The notes below the pieces were generated by a model that was not told where the DNA came from, searched no databases, and saw only the letters and a program-made list of their open reading frames with translations. This document shows, one piece after another, positions 13,056-27,399 of a stretch of DNA of 64,000 nt (position 1 is its first letter; each line of letters begins with the position of its first letter). The translations under genes and the position numbers were made by a program. Origin of the DNA: Pecten maximus (lineage: Eukaryota); NCBI RefSeq assembly GCF_902652985.1, contig NC_047017.1, positions 21,948,001-22,012,000 of the forward strand. Direction: 5' to 3'.

Positions 13056-15146
13056 CATAAGTTCGCCATTCAATACGATATATGAGACTTTATTCGTAGG
13101 TTTCTAATCCCCATTAACAACAAACATCGGAAAGAAACCGCCCTGTTGGCCCCGCAAGTGGTAGTGGGAGATTGGGGCATACGTAGTCACCTCTTACAAT
13201 ACAGCAGGCATACTATCTCCTGCATGGGTTACATGTATAAACTTACTATTGTCAGTAAACAAACGTTCTGCCAGCACAACAGGCATGTATGAGAGGTAAA
13301 TGCATACATCAATTTCAATCTTCTTAGTCATTAGTTCTACTGATGTGATAATTCCTTCATCAAAATCCAACGTCCAATGTAATGTAACGAATTCACATTT
13401 CAACTTAAAAACATTAGGAAAGCATTAGGCGTTATAGAATAACAATGCTAGTTTTGTGGCATAAATTGTGTTCGAGTTATCATCTTCTCAACAGTTCCAA
13501 GGATAGGGAGGGAGAAGACAAGGACAAGGCGGAGAAAATGTATCCATTTCCGATGCATTGTCTAGTGGAAACCAATTACATAAATACAAAGAAATGACAG
13601 TTCATAATGTGCATGGATAATATGACAAACCCTCTTCTTGTTTATTAGCATCTATAGCAGTGATGTATTGGACCTGGAGTCGAGAACGACGGAGTGCCAT
13701 TACTGCATACACTCTCGTCATCATAGAAACTAACAAGGATCTGCAACACCCTTCGTAACTCTTCCTGGACAAGACAGGAAGCTGATCATGACATATTTCA
13801 CCACAAAAATAAAAACAAACTGTGAGTCACAAGTTGCAATGATGAAGAAACCGTATGTATATTTGTTGTACTCGCCTGATTTACTGTACTTTTTACGGTA
13901 TATGTGGGTATGTTTTGTACTTTTCTCGACCACGATATGGATTCCTTTGCCATAAAATATCTGTTCAGGTGTTGTTGTATACATGATTTAATGATAAGCC
14001 AAGGCCCCCATTCCCCCATCTTGGCCTCTTCCTGTGCCCTATGATTGATTTATTATGAATTTTACGGTATACAAGTTACTGTACTTTTAACGGTAAATAG
14101 TTTTTGTGTTTTCTCAAACATTTGTTTTATCTTATTTTGAAATACTTCTGTTCATACGTTGCCGTATATTTAACTCTTAAGCCAAAGCTTCTCTTCCTCA
14201 CATTGACAATATTGTTTACATCACCACCGAACCATATGACAACTCTGACGAGACTAATTTAACTGTCATTAACTTCCCTTTCCACTGCAATAACATACCG
14301 GTCACAATTATTAGGAAGTATACAAGTCACGGATTCACTTTTCTAGACCCTGTTTCAATTATCAGGATTTTTTTGATGTATGCGTCCTGTTGTCAAAGAC
14401 GCTATATGACATTTCCTACCGCAGATGTGTCAAGCTTTACCATTTATCAACATGTGATTTTTAATTATATGACTTGTTTACTTTGTTTCAAATACATGAT
14501 GATCTACCTACTCAGTCGGAGATCAGGAGCTTGTTTAGAAATGTCACAGTTGTAGTGCAAATAGTGATACAATTGTTCACATGTAGTTGATATAACAGAT
14601 TATCTACCTGTACGTATACGCATATAATTTGGTTACTCATTTAATTTCATTGTCCCCTTAATTTACAATGTAGATAATGTCATACTAACGTACAGTACTT
14701 GATTTTCATTGTTTATTGACCGGTTGATAGATCTATTTTCTACATTTTCTAGCAATACTTGTGTTGAAATTTTCACGTGTGTTCATTTATTTAACCTATT
14801 TTTTATCTAGAATTATTCGCAATCTACTGTCTATCACCAAATTCATATTCAGATTGTTTTAAGTGTGCTTGTCTTATGTTAATCCTTACAATCACATGAT
14901 TTCGCAATCCCAAAATAAAATTGATGTTCCCCTGAAAATTTGCATTATTGAGGAGTGTCATTTGACCTTATATAAATTTGCCATTTTAAACATTTTCAAA
15001 TTCTTTAAACGTCTTCAAATAAATCATTTTTTTAGATTATCTGCAGCATTCTTGCTTCGAAATATAAAACCGAAAATGAGTTGTATGCCATTTTATTTCA
15101 GTGCGAGTCAAACGTCAAATCATGATCTTGTTCAGAATGTCAGCGA

Positions 15147-16074
15147 TTACAAATAAGTGTTAAGAGCGTTCTCATCCCAAGACATGAGAGTGTCCATGCT
15201 GGAACTACAAACAGAAACATCGTTATCACACAAGCTTTGTTGGTCAATTCCATGCAGTAGTCTAGATTTCCAACTGAAATTACCACAGTTACCTACGCCA
15301 GATTCGTGTGAACATTCAGCCGAACCAGTATTTTTTAATTTGTTGCAAAAGTGGAATTCTTCATTGAGGGATGAAAGACACGACTTGCACATTTGACAAT
15401 TATTTGTCAACTGATCAGTTACTTGCTGTTTATCAAACGAGACCAACTCGCATTGGATGTCCTGGAAGGAACTCGCTGTACCGAAGTCCTGCAAGAAGAC
15501 CTCATCTTCAATACCAATCGACTCCTTGTGACTCCCCCTAGAGGACAGTGTTCTCGGACTAGCGTTCGGTGATGAACCGGAGTAACTACTGGTATCAAAA
15601 CCAGAGTCCCGATGTTCCCTACACTGATCGGGGTGTTGTATTGGAGACAATGACGAACACAAATCGGAATAACAATGCTCAAGGTAACGTGGCTTGCGCT
15701 CTATTTGAACTTCATGAACAATTAATGCATGGTTTTTTGCATTCTCATCGTCTGAGCTATCGCTGTCATTTCCTTCTTGAGCAACGTGTGATGTTTCGAT
15801 TGTAACAAGATTTGAGTTATGTTGAGATTGTAACTCGTTGACGTCCTGTGCGTCATGTGTATGTCCATCGATATTGTCAATCTGTGCGTACCTTACTGAC
15901 GATTCATCTTTGTTACAGGTAACAGTATAGTAGTACTGGCAACTATCAATGTCCATACTCAGGTAGTCTACTCCACACACGTTTTCAAGCATAGCATCTA
16001 ACGTCGATTTTAAGTCTGTAAAGCTCGGTCTCGCTTTCGGAAGCTCATTCCAGCAATTCAACATGACGTCGTAT
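15147..16074 (-). CDS. Receptor tyrosine kinase, terminal coding exon (kinase subdomain XI plus long C-terminal tail)
   Basis: Minus strand reads ttacAG|a TAC GAC GTC ATG TTG AAT TGC TGG, with the acceptor AG at 16076-16075. It translates to YDVMLNCWNELPKARPSFTDLKSTLDAML, the CW..P..RP.F motif of tyrosine kinase subdomain XI. The non-repetitive ORF runs to the stop at 15147. Its phase matches the donor at 48465. Confidence 0.93.
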
Positions 16075-16882
16075 CTGTAAAATATGACAATAATGATCTA
16101 TTAGTGATTTTTCAGCGGAACCCAGATATGTATACTTGTTTAGCGCTACTTATATAACTTGTTAAAGTATCTTTGTTAGCAAATTAAAAATACACCAAAG
16201 AATACATCAGCATCAATACATTTTTATTATTATCAAAATCAAATTTCAGAATAAGGACCGGAGATGTACAAAACCGAATCGAGAAATAACAATTGGGCCG
16301 AAAAGTCACCAAATCAAAAGACAAGATAGCAAAAAGGACCAATGAGATACGCATATAAAAAAGTAAATGAAGTTAGACAAGCCAAAACTGAACTGATGAA
16401 ACACTCTGCTTGTTTCCTTCAATAATATCTGAAATGTATATCACACTACATCTGAATCGTACTCTCCATTTTTACTTTCGCAGTATTCCGCTGTCATTAT
16501 TTCCTCAAAGCCATAAAAAAGCAAACGAAAGATTGGAATAAGTAATGGTAATACACAAGGATCCCGGCAACCACAGACTGACATTACACTAACTAGGTGC
16601 CTTCCGTCTCGTTAACCTTGCGACTCCACTTGGACTAGTATCAATGGCGAGGTGGAACCACAGGAGAACCACAGATCACTTATCCAAAACCGCAAGCCGT
16701 CCGACCAGTCAAGAGAAACAGGAACGGCCATATGTTACATACGGATGAGACGACATATCCAGCTGGGTATGCTATGTCTGTCTCGTCCATAACAAACTAC
16801 ACCTACACTCATGTCTCCCAGCAGTGTCTGGTCCTTCTCATAACATTAACAAACAAATGGTGTCATCAAAAATCTCCTTTAC

Positions 16883-17092
16883 TTCCAGGTCACATTAAAA
16901 CAAATATTACTATCACAAACACTCGACTCCTCTTCTTCTTTGTTGTCTATGTTCCAGGTCACATTAAAACAAATATTACTATCACAAACACTCGACTCTT
17001 CTTCTTCTTTGTTGTCTATGTTCCAGATCACATTAAAACAAATATTACTATCACAAACACTCGACTTTTCTTCTTCTTTGTTGTTGTCTATG
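16883..17092. repeat. 69-bp tandem triplication
   Basis: TTCCAG(G/A)TCACATTAAAACAAATATTACTATCACAAACACTCGAC starts at 16883, 16952 and 17021. Confidence 0.95.
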
Positions 17093-17436
17093 TGTCATCA
17101 AAACAAATATCACTCACAAACGACTTGTCACTCCTGCTTTTTTATTTCGTCATAGAAAACCAGAAGTGGTGGTGTAGCTATCATAAAACACTTAGTATAG
17201 AGGGAGAAACAAACAAAATACCAGGAAAACTCTCAATAATAGGACATTCAACTTATCTCTAGGCTATATATAATTCTATATATAATTGCTATAAGCTGTT
17301 AGATACAAACTGGGAACAAAGACACGTATACCAAATTGTAGATTTCACTCCAAATTGATAAAATGAGGGGAATATCAACAAAATAAATAAGATTTTTTTA
17401 GAATCTTTTTAAAATGTATTAGGATTCTAAGACCTC

Positions 17437-17651
17437 GGCCTAGTTATTCAAAAGTTCATTTGGTCTAATCACTTCTCCTTTACTGCAAAAGCTCTCTGTG
17501 TGTACTCCTTAAAATATACAGACAAGAAGAGACTGACGAGTGTTATATTTTCATTACCTTTTGTCAAGTTAGTTTTACAAGAAATGATTTTATCAGGATT
17601 TTGAAATTGATGTTAAACTGTGATTAACCTAGTCACCTGAACAACTGGGCC
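17437..17651. mobile_element. Degenerate MITE, PIF/Harbinger-like termini
   Basis: The left end GGCCTAGTTATTC...CTAATCAC and right end GTGATTA...GAACAACTGGGCC form imperfect terminal inverted repeats. They resemble the GGCCCAGTTGTTCAAA terminus common in invertebrate MITEs. Confidence 0.55.
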
Positions 17652-20600
17652 AAAACATATGCTAATTAAACTCGTATCATAGTAATTATTTCGTAACGGA
17701 CTTAGAAGACTAGTGTTTGATGCGATTTGTTTTCTACATTTTATTCACATGAAGGTTTGCCCTGTGTCAACTTTGTCTATCGCATTCCTTAGCTAACCCA
17801 AGTGCCAAATTCATAGCCCATCATTATTGACTCCATCAATGCCTTTCCTGTCAGCAAGGTTTGAAAAATCGGTAAATGAAGATTTCAAATTTTCATTTCG
17901 TATCATGGAAAATAAATATGTTTTGCTCAACGTAAATTGATAACATCATAAAAATATAAATCTGAAGTTTGTTTAGGAAGTGACAATGAGGCTATGAAAG
18001 TGGTTCAGCGATGGTGTTGATATCTCACAACGCAGCCCATTACATCATAAAGCAAGCTTTTCAAATATTACATATGAAATGGCTACAAAATTTGAATTTA
18101 AATGCACTAAACACTAACCATGAAGTTAAATACTGGCGCAATGTTCCATCATACGATCATGTAGTAGATAATAGCATAGCAAACAAATATGCACATTCCA
18201 AAGAAGTATGCATTTTTCAAAAAAAGAAAAGAAAAAAAAGAATGATAATAAGTTTGTACGTAGAATTAGAAATAGAAATAATTCATATGTTGTTGGCTTT
18301 AAGGTATTTATGAATCGGTACAGAATTTTAGCGATTGTGCTTGATGTTTACAGCGTATTGTCCGGTGGACCTTTGGCAATGCATTATAGACAAAATGTGA
18401 TGAATTGGTGTTACGGAGGTAAATTAAAATACCTGCTGAAATGGTGAGTAATTAAATTTGTATTGAAACGATCTACATTGAGTAGAGTATGGTTTCTAAA
18501 TTACTTGGTATTTAAAGTTTATTAAACCGTACGACCAAGGTTGTTGTATTCAATGTATTTGGCATTCTCTTTTTTATCATCACATAATCAAAGCATTAGA
18601 AGAAACGTGTCGTGTTGTCTTCATTCTTTATCATCAATGTTCCGTAATGACTGGCAACACGAAACTAGTCTTGCATTAATTAGACTTAGTTAACAATGGG
18701 ACTATCGATAGATTCAGATTACATCGCTGGTACAGAAGCTTAATAACAAACACAATGTATTTCCTCTTTTTTCTTTGTATATTTTCATATTATTTTTTAA
18801 CATAAAACTATTCAATTTACTTAGAAGATATCATCATACATCGTAACTGAATTTCCTTTTATAAATAACAACAACACGTCCTCTAAGCAGGAGGTGGTTA
18901 GAAAATAAAAAGGCTCATTACTGAATGGAGTGAAAACCGTGTCTATTGGTATGAAAACGAAAGACAGAAATTCGTGGGTCATTCCAGTAATAATGACAGA
19001 CAAAAGAAAACTTTGGGAGACTTAACATGTATGGAAATGTCAGTAGGTTTTTGTTTTCATGTTGGCTTTCTGTGAAGTACATTAAGTTTGTATGACAACA
19101 AAGGGAATAAATGTATATTCAAAGGATATTATATAATTTCTTTTTTCATCGGAAATGGAAGAAAAATCAAAAACTGACTTCGTCATATAGCTTAAATCAG
19201 CCTTAATAAAATTTCACATACAAAATGACGGTTTCATTTTAAACTCAAAGACAAGCGTTGATCTAAAATAAGTGGGAAAATACTCTTGACATGTTCTGTG
19301 AATATTTGAGCGCATGCCTCCTTTCCCTCTGGAATCTCGATTCCATTGTTGCTATTAGTTAGATACCTGATAAATAACACATTCGAGTTGCATATTTCCA
19401 CGTCCATGTGTCAGCACATTACTAAACTGATAAACAAACACTGCATTGAAACAAGACTGTTTTTACATCTGATTTAAATAAAGCTGACAAAAACGCAATG
19501 ATACTATTTTAGAATATAGAAATGGTTTCAAATTTGTACACCTGTTATTGTTAATTTTACATGCGATATTGGCATGATTTCAACATGTATGTAAATATGC
19601 TCTGACAGGAAAGACAAGGAATGCTGCACATACTGCTCGCAAACATGAAACCACGCTTGGCCTCCAGTGGGAGCCTCAAACCGGACCTATGATCACATAC
19701 TCACAAAGAAATAGGTGGAATTTCAGGGGAATTACGATGATGTCTGGTGTTTCAACCTGTCTTTGAACTGTGCTCTTAGGTGGGGGGCACGAGCCTTGGA
19801 ACATGATAACTAGTATACCACCTTGCAATGAGCTTCCAAAGATGCTACACAAACATCTGCGTTACAGCTACCACAGGAAAAATGTCCGCTATGTCAATCT
19901 ACAAGTTGATAGTTTTTTTCTCCCTAATAAACAGTAAGTAATTTCATCATCATCTTCAGGTATTTCACAAATGTTCTTTATGGCATCGACAATTTTCCCT
20001 GTGTAAATGTATATTGCATATCCTACTAGCATAAACCACCGGTTGTTGTTCGTTACGACAGTATCATTAACTTAACTGGCACATGCTTCTCTCTACCCAC
20101 CCATACTTTGTTATTAATCTAATACAAGAACTAGTGGGTGTATCTCAAAGTGATTTCGTTTAACAAAATGTCCCGGTATATATGTGTAGTACGGTAAGTC
20201 TTCCCATTTAACCTTTGTTTCAGAACTCTTGATTTGTTTAACTTCTCTCAACGATGTCTACATAAACTACTGGTACCAAACATCGCTGACCAATCCTAGA
20301 ATCACAAAACAGATATGTATAGTGCAGTTTTAGCATGTTTAACCAAAGTTGAACTCGATATTACATGCATTTTCGACATTTCAAGGGTTTCTGGTAACTT
20401 CAAATTCACAAGCCAATTGTGTTCAATACGATAAGGAGTATATCGTCCTAAACACACGTGTGTGAAAAGAAAAGTATCGTATTGAACACTCGGCTAGCGA
20501 AGTTGTGGTTACGTGCACAAAGTAGAACAAACCAACGACACTTTATTTTCAGTTAGAAAGTGCTAGAAATGATACAGGTGAGTCTTGTTATCATACATAG

Positions 20601-21539
20601 TACCTGTGATATTCTCTATCTTAATTATACAACAAATATAGATCAATCAAAAATACGTATGTGATATGTAGCGACACGTATTTCAAAGTAGATTCCAGAG
20701 TAAGGTATAGTATTATAAATCATCCCAAGTTCCAATTCAATTATATTATCATTGTAATAAATAGTAAATTACCGTCCATACAGTTAGTCAAAATGATTAC
20801 ATCTTTAAATAAATCTTACATAAAACCTTATTTTTTTCATACAATGTGTACATTGAAATTTCCAGACCTTAGAACTAGAATAGATGAGATAAATTGCTTT
20901 ACTACTTTAGAAAGAACATGCAGAGCTAGGGTATATTTAGTGTAACGATGTCTGACTAATGGTGGTGTCCGGTATCATATCATATAATGACAGCTCTATA
21001 TCATTAACTTCAATGTCGTCAATCTCTCGTTTCTGTGTCGTACACTAATCACTTCAATAAGGAATTGTTTCTTCCATTTAAAAAAATAAGTCTTAATGTA
21101 GCTTCTTTGATTGATTGTATCTCACAGCTTTGTGCATGTAAATTGTACCAGTAAATCAAACAGACATGTCCATTTATTCGAAAAAAAACCCGTTGCACTT
21201 GTCAGAACAGCAGTGGTCTTAAATCATTAATATTACACTAATTAATTACGGAATGTGTTCATTATATTAGTGAGCACATGTCATAACTAACTTATTAATA
21301 AATTTCTCATTCAAAACAAACTTACAAATCATAATTAGTGAGCAAACACCTGCTTCACTCTAAGGAGAGCATATATCCCAATAGCTACGGAAACCAAACA
21401 GCTTAATGAAAAGAGTTGGTAGTACCAAGACTGTCACAAAAGATGAAATGGCCAATTTACCTTTGATAAATTTCTGACATTGAATAGTATTTGACAGGTG
21501 TTTTTACTTTTATCCATACAAACTAAGGGAGATACACGT

Positions 21540-24100
21540 GTGTGCCACCCTTACCTGTCATTAAGGGACCAACGGATGTGTCTCATTCTTACCTGTCATT
21601 AGGGGGACTAACAGATGTACATTACCCTTACCTGCCATTAGGGGACAGAAAGATATGTACCACCAAATATATCGTAAGACGGACAGACACTGAGTACCAT
21701 ACTTACCTGTCATTAAAGTAACAGACAGGTGTGTACCAACCTTACCTGTCATGAAAAGAATATACAGGTGTGTACCGCTCTTACCTGTCATTAAAGAGAC
21801 AGACAAGCGTGTATCACCCTTATCTGTCATTAGGGCCACAGACAGGTGTGGACCATCCTTACCTGTCAATAGAGGACAGACAGGTGTACCAACCTTTCCT
21901 GTCATTTGGGGGACAGACAGATGTGTACTACCCTTATCTGTCGTTAAAGGATTAGACAGGTGTGTATCACTTTTACCTGTCATTAATGGGACAGAAAAGC
22001 GTGTATCACTCTTACCTGTCATTAACGGGACAGAAAAGCGTGTATCACTCTTACCTGTCATTAATGAGAAAGACAAGCGTGTACAACCCTTATCTGTCAT
22101 TAAAGGAACAGACAGGTGTGTGTCACTCTTACCTGTCATTAATAAGACAGACAATCGTGTATCACTCTTACCTGTCTTTAATGAGACAAATAAACGTGTA
22201 TCATCGCTACCTGTCAAAAGGTGCCAGACAGGTATGTACCACCCTTATCTGTCATAAGAGAAAGACAGGTATGTACCATCCTTACCTGTCATAAGAAGAC
22301 AAAGATGTTTACCACATTTACCTGTCATTAAGGGACAGATAGGTAGGCACCAGTTTGTCTCTGGGAGAACGAATATGTTTGCACCATTCTTGACTGCCCA
22401 TTAGAGGAAATACGAGTGTACTATACTGTACCATACCTGTCATTAAAGGACAGACAGGTGTACCATCCTTACGTGTACTATACTGTACCATACCTGTCAT
22501 TAAAGGACAGACAGGTGTACCATCCCTACCTGTCATTAGGGCCACAGCCAGGTGTGTACCATCCTTACCTGTCATTAGGGCCACAGACAGGTGTGTATCA
22601 ACTTTACCTGTCATTAGGGCCACATACAGGTGTGTACCACCCTTATCTGTCATTAGGGCCACAGACAGGTGTGTACCACCCTTACCTGTCATTAGGGCCA
22701 CAGACAGGTGTGTATCAACCTTACCTGTCATTAGGGCCACATACAGGTGTGTACCATCCTTATCTGTCATTAGGGCCACAGACAGGTGTGTACCACTCTT
22801 ATCTGTCATTAGGGCCACAGACAGGTGTGTACCACCCTTACCTGTCATTAGGGCCACAGACAGGTGTGTATCAACCTTACCTGTCATTAGGGCCACATAC
22901 AGGTGTGTACCATCCTTATCTGTCATTAGGGCCACAGACAGGTGTGTACCACTCTTATCTGTCATTAGGGCCACAGACAGGTGTGTATCATCCTTACCTG
23001 TCATTAGGGTCACAGACAGGTGTGTACCACCCTTGTCTGTCATTAGGGTCACAAACAGGTGTGTACCACCCTTGTCTGTCATTAGGGCCACAGATAGAGG
23101 TGCACCACCGAAACTTGTCATTAGGGCCACAGACAGGTGTATACAACCATTGCCTGCCATTAAGGCCACAGACAGGTGTGCACCATCCCTACCTGTCATT
23201 AGATTCACAGAGAGGTGTGTACAACCCAAACTCGTCAATAGGGCTACAGACAGATGTGTACCATCCTTACCTGTCATAAGGGCCACAGAAAGGTGTGTAC
23301 CACCTAAACTTGTAGTTAGGCCCACAGACAGGTGTGTACCACTCATACCTGTCATTAGGGCCACAGACAGGTGTGCACCATCCTTACCTGTCATTAGGGC
23401 CACAGACAGGTGTGTACAACCCTTACCTGCTATTAGGGACATAGAGAGGTGCCTTACCTGTTATAAGCGTCATAGAGAGGTGTGTGCCATCCTTATCTGT
23501 CATTAGGGCCATAGACAGGTTTGCACCATATCCCTACCTGTCATTAGAGTCATGGAGAGGTGTGTACCACCCAAACCTGTCATTAGGGCCACAGACAGAT
23601 GTGTACCATCCTAACCTTTCATAAGGGCCACAGACAGATGTGTACCATCCTTACCTGTCATAAGGGCCACAGACAGGTGTGTATCATCCTTACCTGTCAT
23701 TAGGGCCACAGACAGGTGTGTACCACCCAAACCTGTCATTAGGGCCACAGACAGATGTGTACCATCCTTACCTGTCATAAGGGCCACAGACAGGTGTGTA
23801 CCACCCAAACCTGTCATCAGGGCCACAGACAGGAGTGTATCATCCTTGCCTGTATTTTTGGGGATGCCAAGACAGGTGTGACTGACCCTTACCTGTCATT
23901 TCGGGCAGATACAGGTGTACCTCCATTACCTGTCCATTTGCGGACAGACAGATGTGTACAATCCTTACCTGTATTTTTGGGGACAGACATACAGGTATGT
24001 ATGACCCTTACCTGTCATTGATTTGGGGCATTGACATGTGTACCACCATTATCATTCCATTTGAGGACAGACATGGGTGTACCATCCTCAGTGTTATTTG
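21540..24100. repeat. 39-bp minisatellite (CCTTACCTGTCATTAGGGCCACAGACAGGTGTGTACCAT)n, about 60 copies, homogeneous core and diverged flanks
   Basis: 39-bp period (e.g. 22565 and 22604). Each unit has the internal inverted repeat ACCTGTC...GACAGGT. It explains the THLSVALMTGK ORFs. Confidence 0.97.
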
Positions 24101-27100
24101 GTTACATGGAGAAGTGTGCATTCTTTACCAGTTGTAAGTCTATTGAGATGTGTGTACTATCTTAACTTGTCAGGAGGAAAGGCAGACATGCCACTGTCAC
24201 CTGTACTTTGGTTAGGATTTTCCGTCAATAATAGGACCCAGACTGAGAATGGTTACTGGGTAATCAGGTTGAGGATCACAGGGAAAATGTCATCCCTGTT
24301 GGTCAATTATCACCTTACCATTTCACGGTCACACTGTTAAGGGCATATCTAGTACTTCAAGAGGACTCAGGTAAATCCTTTTTGACATTGGACACTGAGG
24401 CGTTGCTGGTTCAGGCAAGATGGCTATCTGTCAAATGATTGTGAGGAAGGTGAAATGGTGGACAGATAAGCATCTCCACTGGAGGCTAAGTCTAATTTAT
24501 CACTATACGGCCAAAGCATGCTCTGTGGGTGGTGAGAATGGTTTATGAACCTGGAGGTAACCAATGGCATGCCACTAACTAGCCAATAGAAAACCAGGTA
24601 GCATTCTCTAACAATGGCTGCAATTGTTGATGAAGAAAAGGCCCAATTGGTTTATACAACTAACATTATTGGTCTTTTTTTTTTTTATTTACTTTTTTTT
24701 TTTCAATAAAATTAAAATTAGATAATGACAAATTATGTTCAACATCATCCTCTGGCCCAGTTTTCTATATGATTGATATAAGACTTAAAACAAAAAACTG
24801 TCAATTCAGTTATATCAATGTTTATCTTAAATTGTTTCTTTATTCAATTTAGTCCTGAAGAAGTGTTGAAATTCTTATACTTTTTAGTGGATACAACAAT
24901 TCACAATTTTATCTTTAATGCTGTAATACAGGATATTTTGGAGAAATTTGCACTTGATTTTTGCACTTGATCAATAAGGGTGATTTGACATGGTAAGTTT
25001 GAATTGAAGTCTGGCAGATAATTACAGAGGAAGTAAAATCGCAAAGTTAAAGCTATTACCTTGTATTACAGTTTGATTTGAAGAAACTAATAAAGTAAAT
25101 ACACCATGTTCAATATATATCATCAAATCTTTGCCATTGATAGTGACCAATTAGAATGTGAATACTGTAACCATTTTATAGCCCCTGGGATCTGAATGTG
25201 GACATAGTGTGTTATTCTATAACAAGAAATGCACCCTATCTTATCAAAAGAAAAAAAATGTAACCAATCAACCTCAGAGCATTACCTGAAGTGAAAACAG
25301 TCTGCATTTGTCTCTTTCCCTTTCATTATAAAAATGATATGGGAAAACCAGATTGATATACATCAATTTGTAGGCTCAAAAGGAGTGGTCTTCTTACACA
25401 AACAGCACAGATAACAACAGCTATTGATGGTACCTTGTTATAAACAATTGTGCTCAGTAAATTATCCGCCTGATAAGTTACCTTTGTAACAACCACAAAC
25501 TTAGTCCCACTTTCCCTCAGTCATCAGACAAGGCAGCTCAATGACGAGATGACTATCACAAAACCAATAATTGGCAACCTGCAACTTCTTGACAGCCAGA
25601 TACGTAGTACTCTGTCAGCTATTTGAATGTTTCATTAGTCATCCGCCCATATGATTGGTGAAACTATTTAGCCTCGATTATAACATGGAAATACTCATTA
25701 CTTTGCAGCAAAAGTTGTCGTGACACAAATTTGCTACCGATGACAAACCCTGTGCTGGTTGGAAGTCTTTAATCTTGGAGCGACATACTTGAGGAAAACT
25801 TGTAATTATATGAACCAGACAAGGTGCGAATGTAAAGCATGTGTGATGTGTTCGTCCCTGACTAAACGCGTCCAATTTGGCCGTGATCAAAGTCCCCTAT
25901 TATAGTCCCAATGATGACAGGAAGGTAGGCAAAGCTTATCCAGTACAAAAAGAGCTGTCAAACTGGCACAATTTTGTAATATTTCATGATCAAAAACATT
26001 ACATTGTCTGTTCCAGCTTATTAAAATTATGTCAAATATATTTTTCATTGTTTAATTAACTGTACATATATCTTGCACATTTATTAAAAGATATTAATAG
26101 ATGTATTTTGTCTAAGGAAAAAGAAAACGCCCATCAAATCCCAAGAGAAATCTGAAATTCCTAACTGACATCTCAATCAGTTATTGTTGTCAAAGAACGA
26201 CTGCGAAAAGATCACAAATTCGGTTCGTTTTGTTGACTTGAGTTCAAATACATATATTGACACAACTTGTAAATCATTGAAATAGATATGACATTCACAA
26301 AATTAAAAAGGCTCCATCTTAATCCTGACTGAAGCTTTTTTTTCAACTGGATGAGTTATCGCTTTCACATCCATGTATTATATTATATATTTTCTGATCA
26401 ATAGTATAAGGAAATGCACTAAAATCAAACAGAATCGCGACATTTTGTCTCGTTAAAGACATGCAATGTTGAATTACCTGCCACATGCTGTTTCAAAAAA
26501 TAATTTAGTACAATACTTTAAATTGTCCCCAAGACTGGTGCAATAATTTTCTTTTTGACAGGATGTACTTGATTAAGCTGTAAATTGAAATTTCACTTAG
26601 CTAAGTCCTTGTAGAATACAATAATAGCGATACAAGCCAACCAAGGAAACCATCATAAGTCTATCTTACTGGAGACCTCAACAAACAAAACATAAAAGCA
26701 ATATAAAAATTTGTCTTTTAAGTCAAGCACACATCTTCCCCCTACATCACAAAGATTTGTTGTACTTTACATATCATGGAATCGAAAATTTAAATGTCAT
26801 CTTCAAAGTAATAAAATTATAAAACAAAAGAATAAGTGAAACAATTGAGTATTTTTTTCAAAACTTGCTCTTTTTTTTCATTCTTCAGGTTGAATATTTG
26901 AAGAAATTGGAGATTCTGCAGTCACCTTGGTATTGGGGGTGTCCCATCCCTCATTTAAGTTTGAGAGAATTTTGTTCAAGCACTACTGAAACATCATTGT
27001 CAAGAGGCTGTTGATTAGCAAAAACATTATGCATTTTATATGTGAATGGGGACCAAAAAGGGATTAATTTCACTTTGTTCAATTTTTTCCAGAAATCTTT

Positions 27101-27399
27101 TTAAAAAGATCATCAACAGTTGAAGCACTGATTAGTGTTGTTCTCAAAACACTAAACCATGGTTTTTAAATTTACTGGGTCTAAACGAGTGAACAATTTG
27201 TGAGCAAGTTCAATGTTAATGCAGTAAATATTACCAAATTCAGGAAGCTTTAGATGACCCTACAGTTCAAACTATGATACATGTATAGACTGTTATATGA
27301 CCATATCTATATTTGCGTTAAAGTGGGTGGAAATTTGTACATGTTTGAATATCAATTGCTATTCGCAATTATACAATTATCATCAATAGGTTGACTATG

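Noticed and set aside
13640-15100. RTK polyadenylation site
   Set aside because: Several minus-strand AATAAA candidates exist (about 15092, 14787, 14712, 14049, 13642). I cannot choose among them without 3'-end data.
21561-23826. 374-aa and 287-aa repeat-protein ORFs
   Set aside because: The 39-bp unit is a multiple of 3 and is open on both strands. It lies between two consecutive kinase exons.
21540-24100. CRISPR-like array (palindromic repeats of 25-40 bp here and elsewhere)
   Set aside because: The units are head-to-tail with no unique spacers, there are no cas genes, and the context is a eukaryotic intron.
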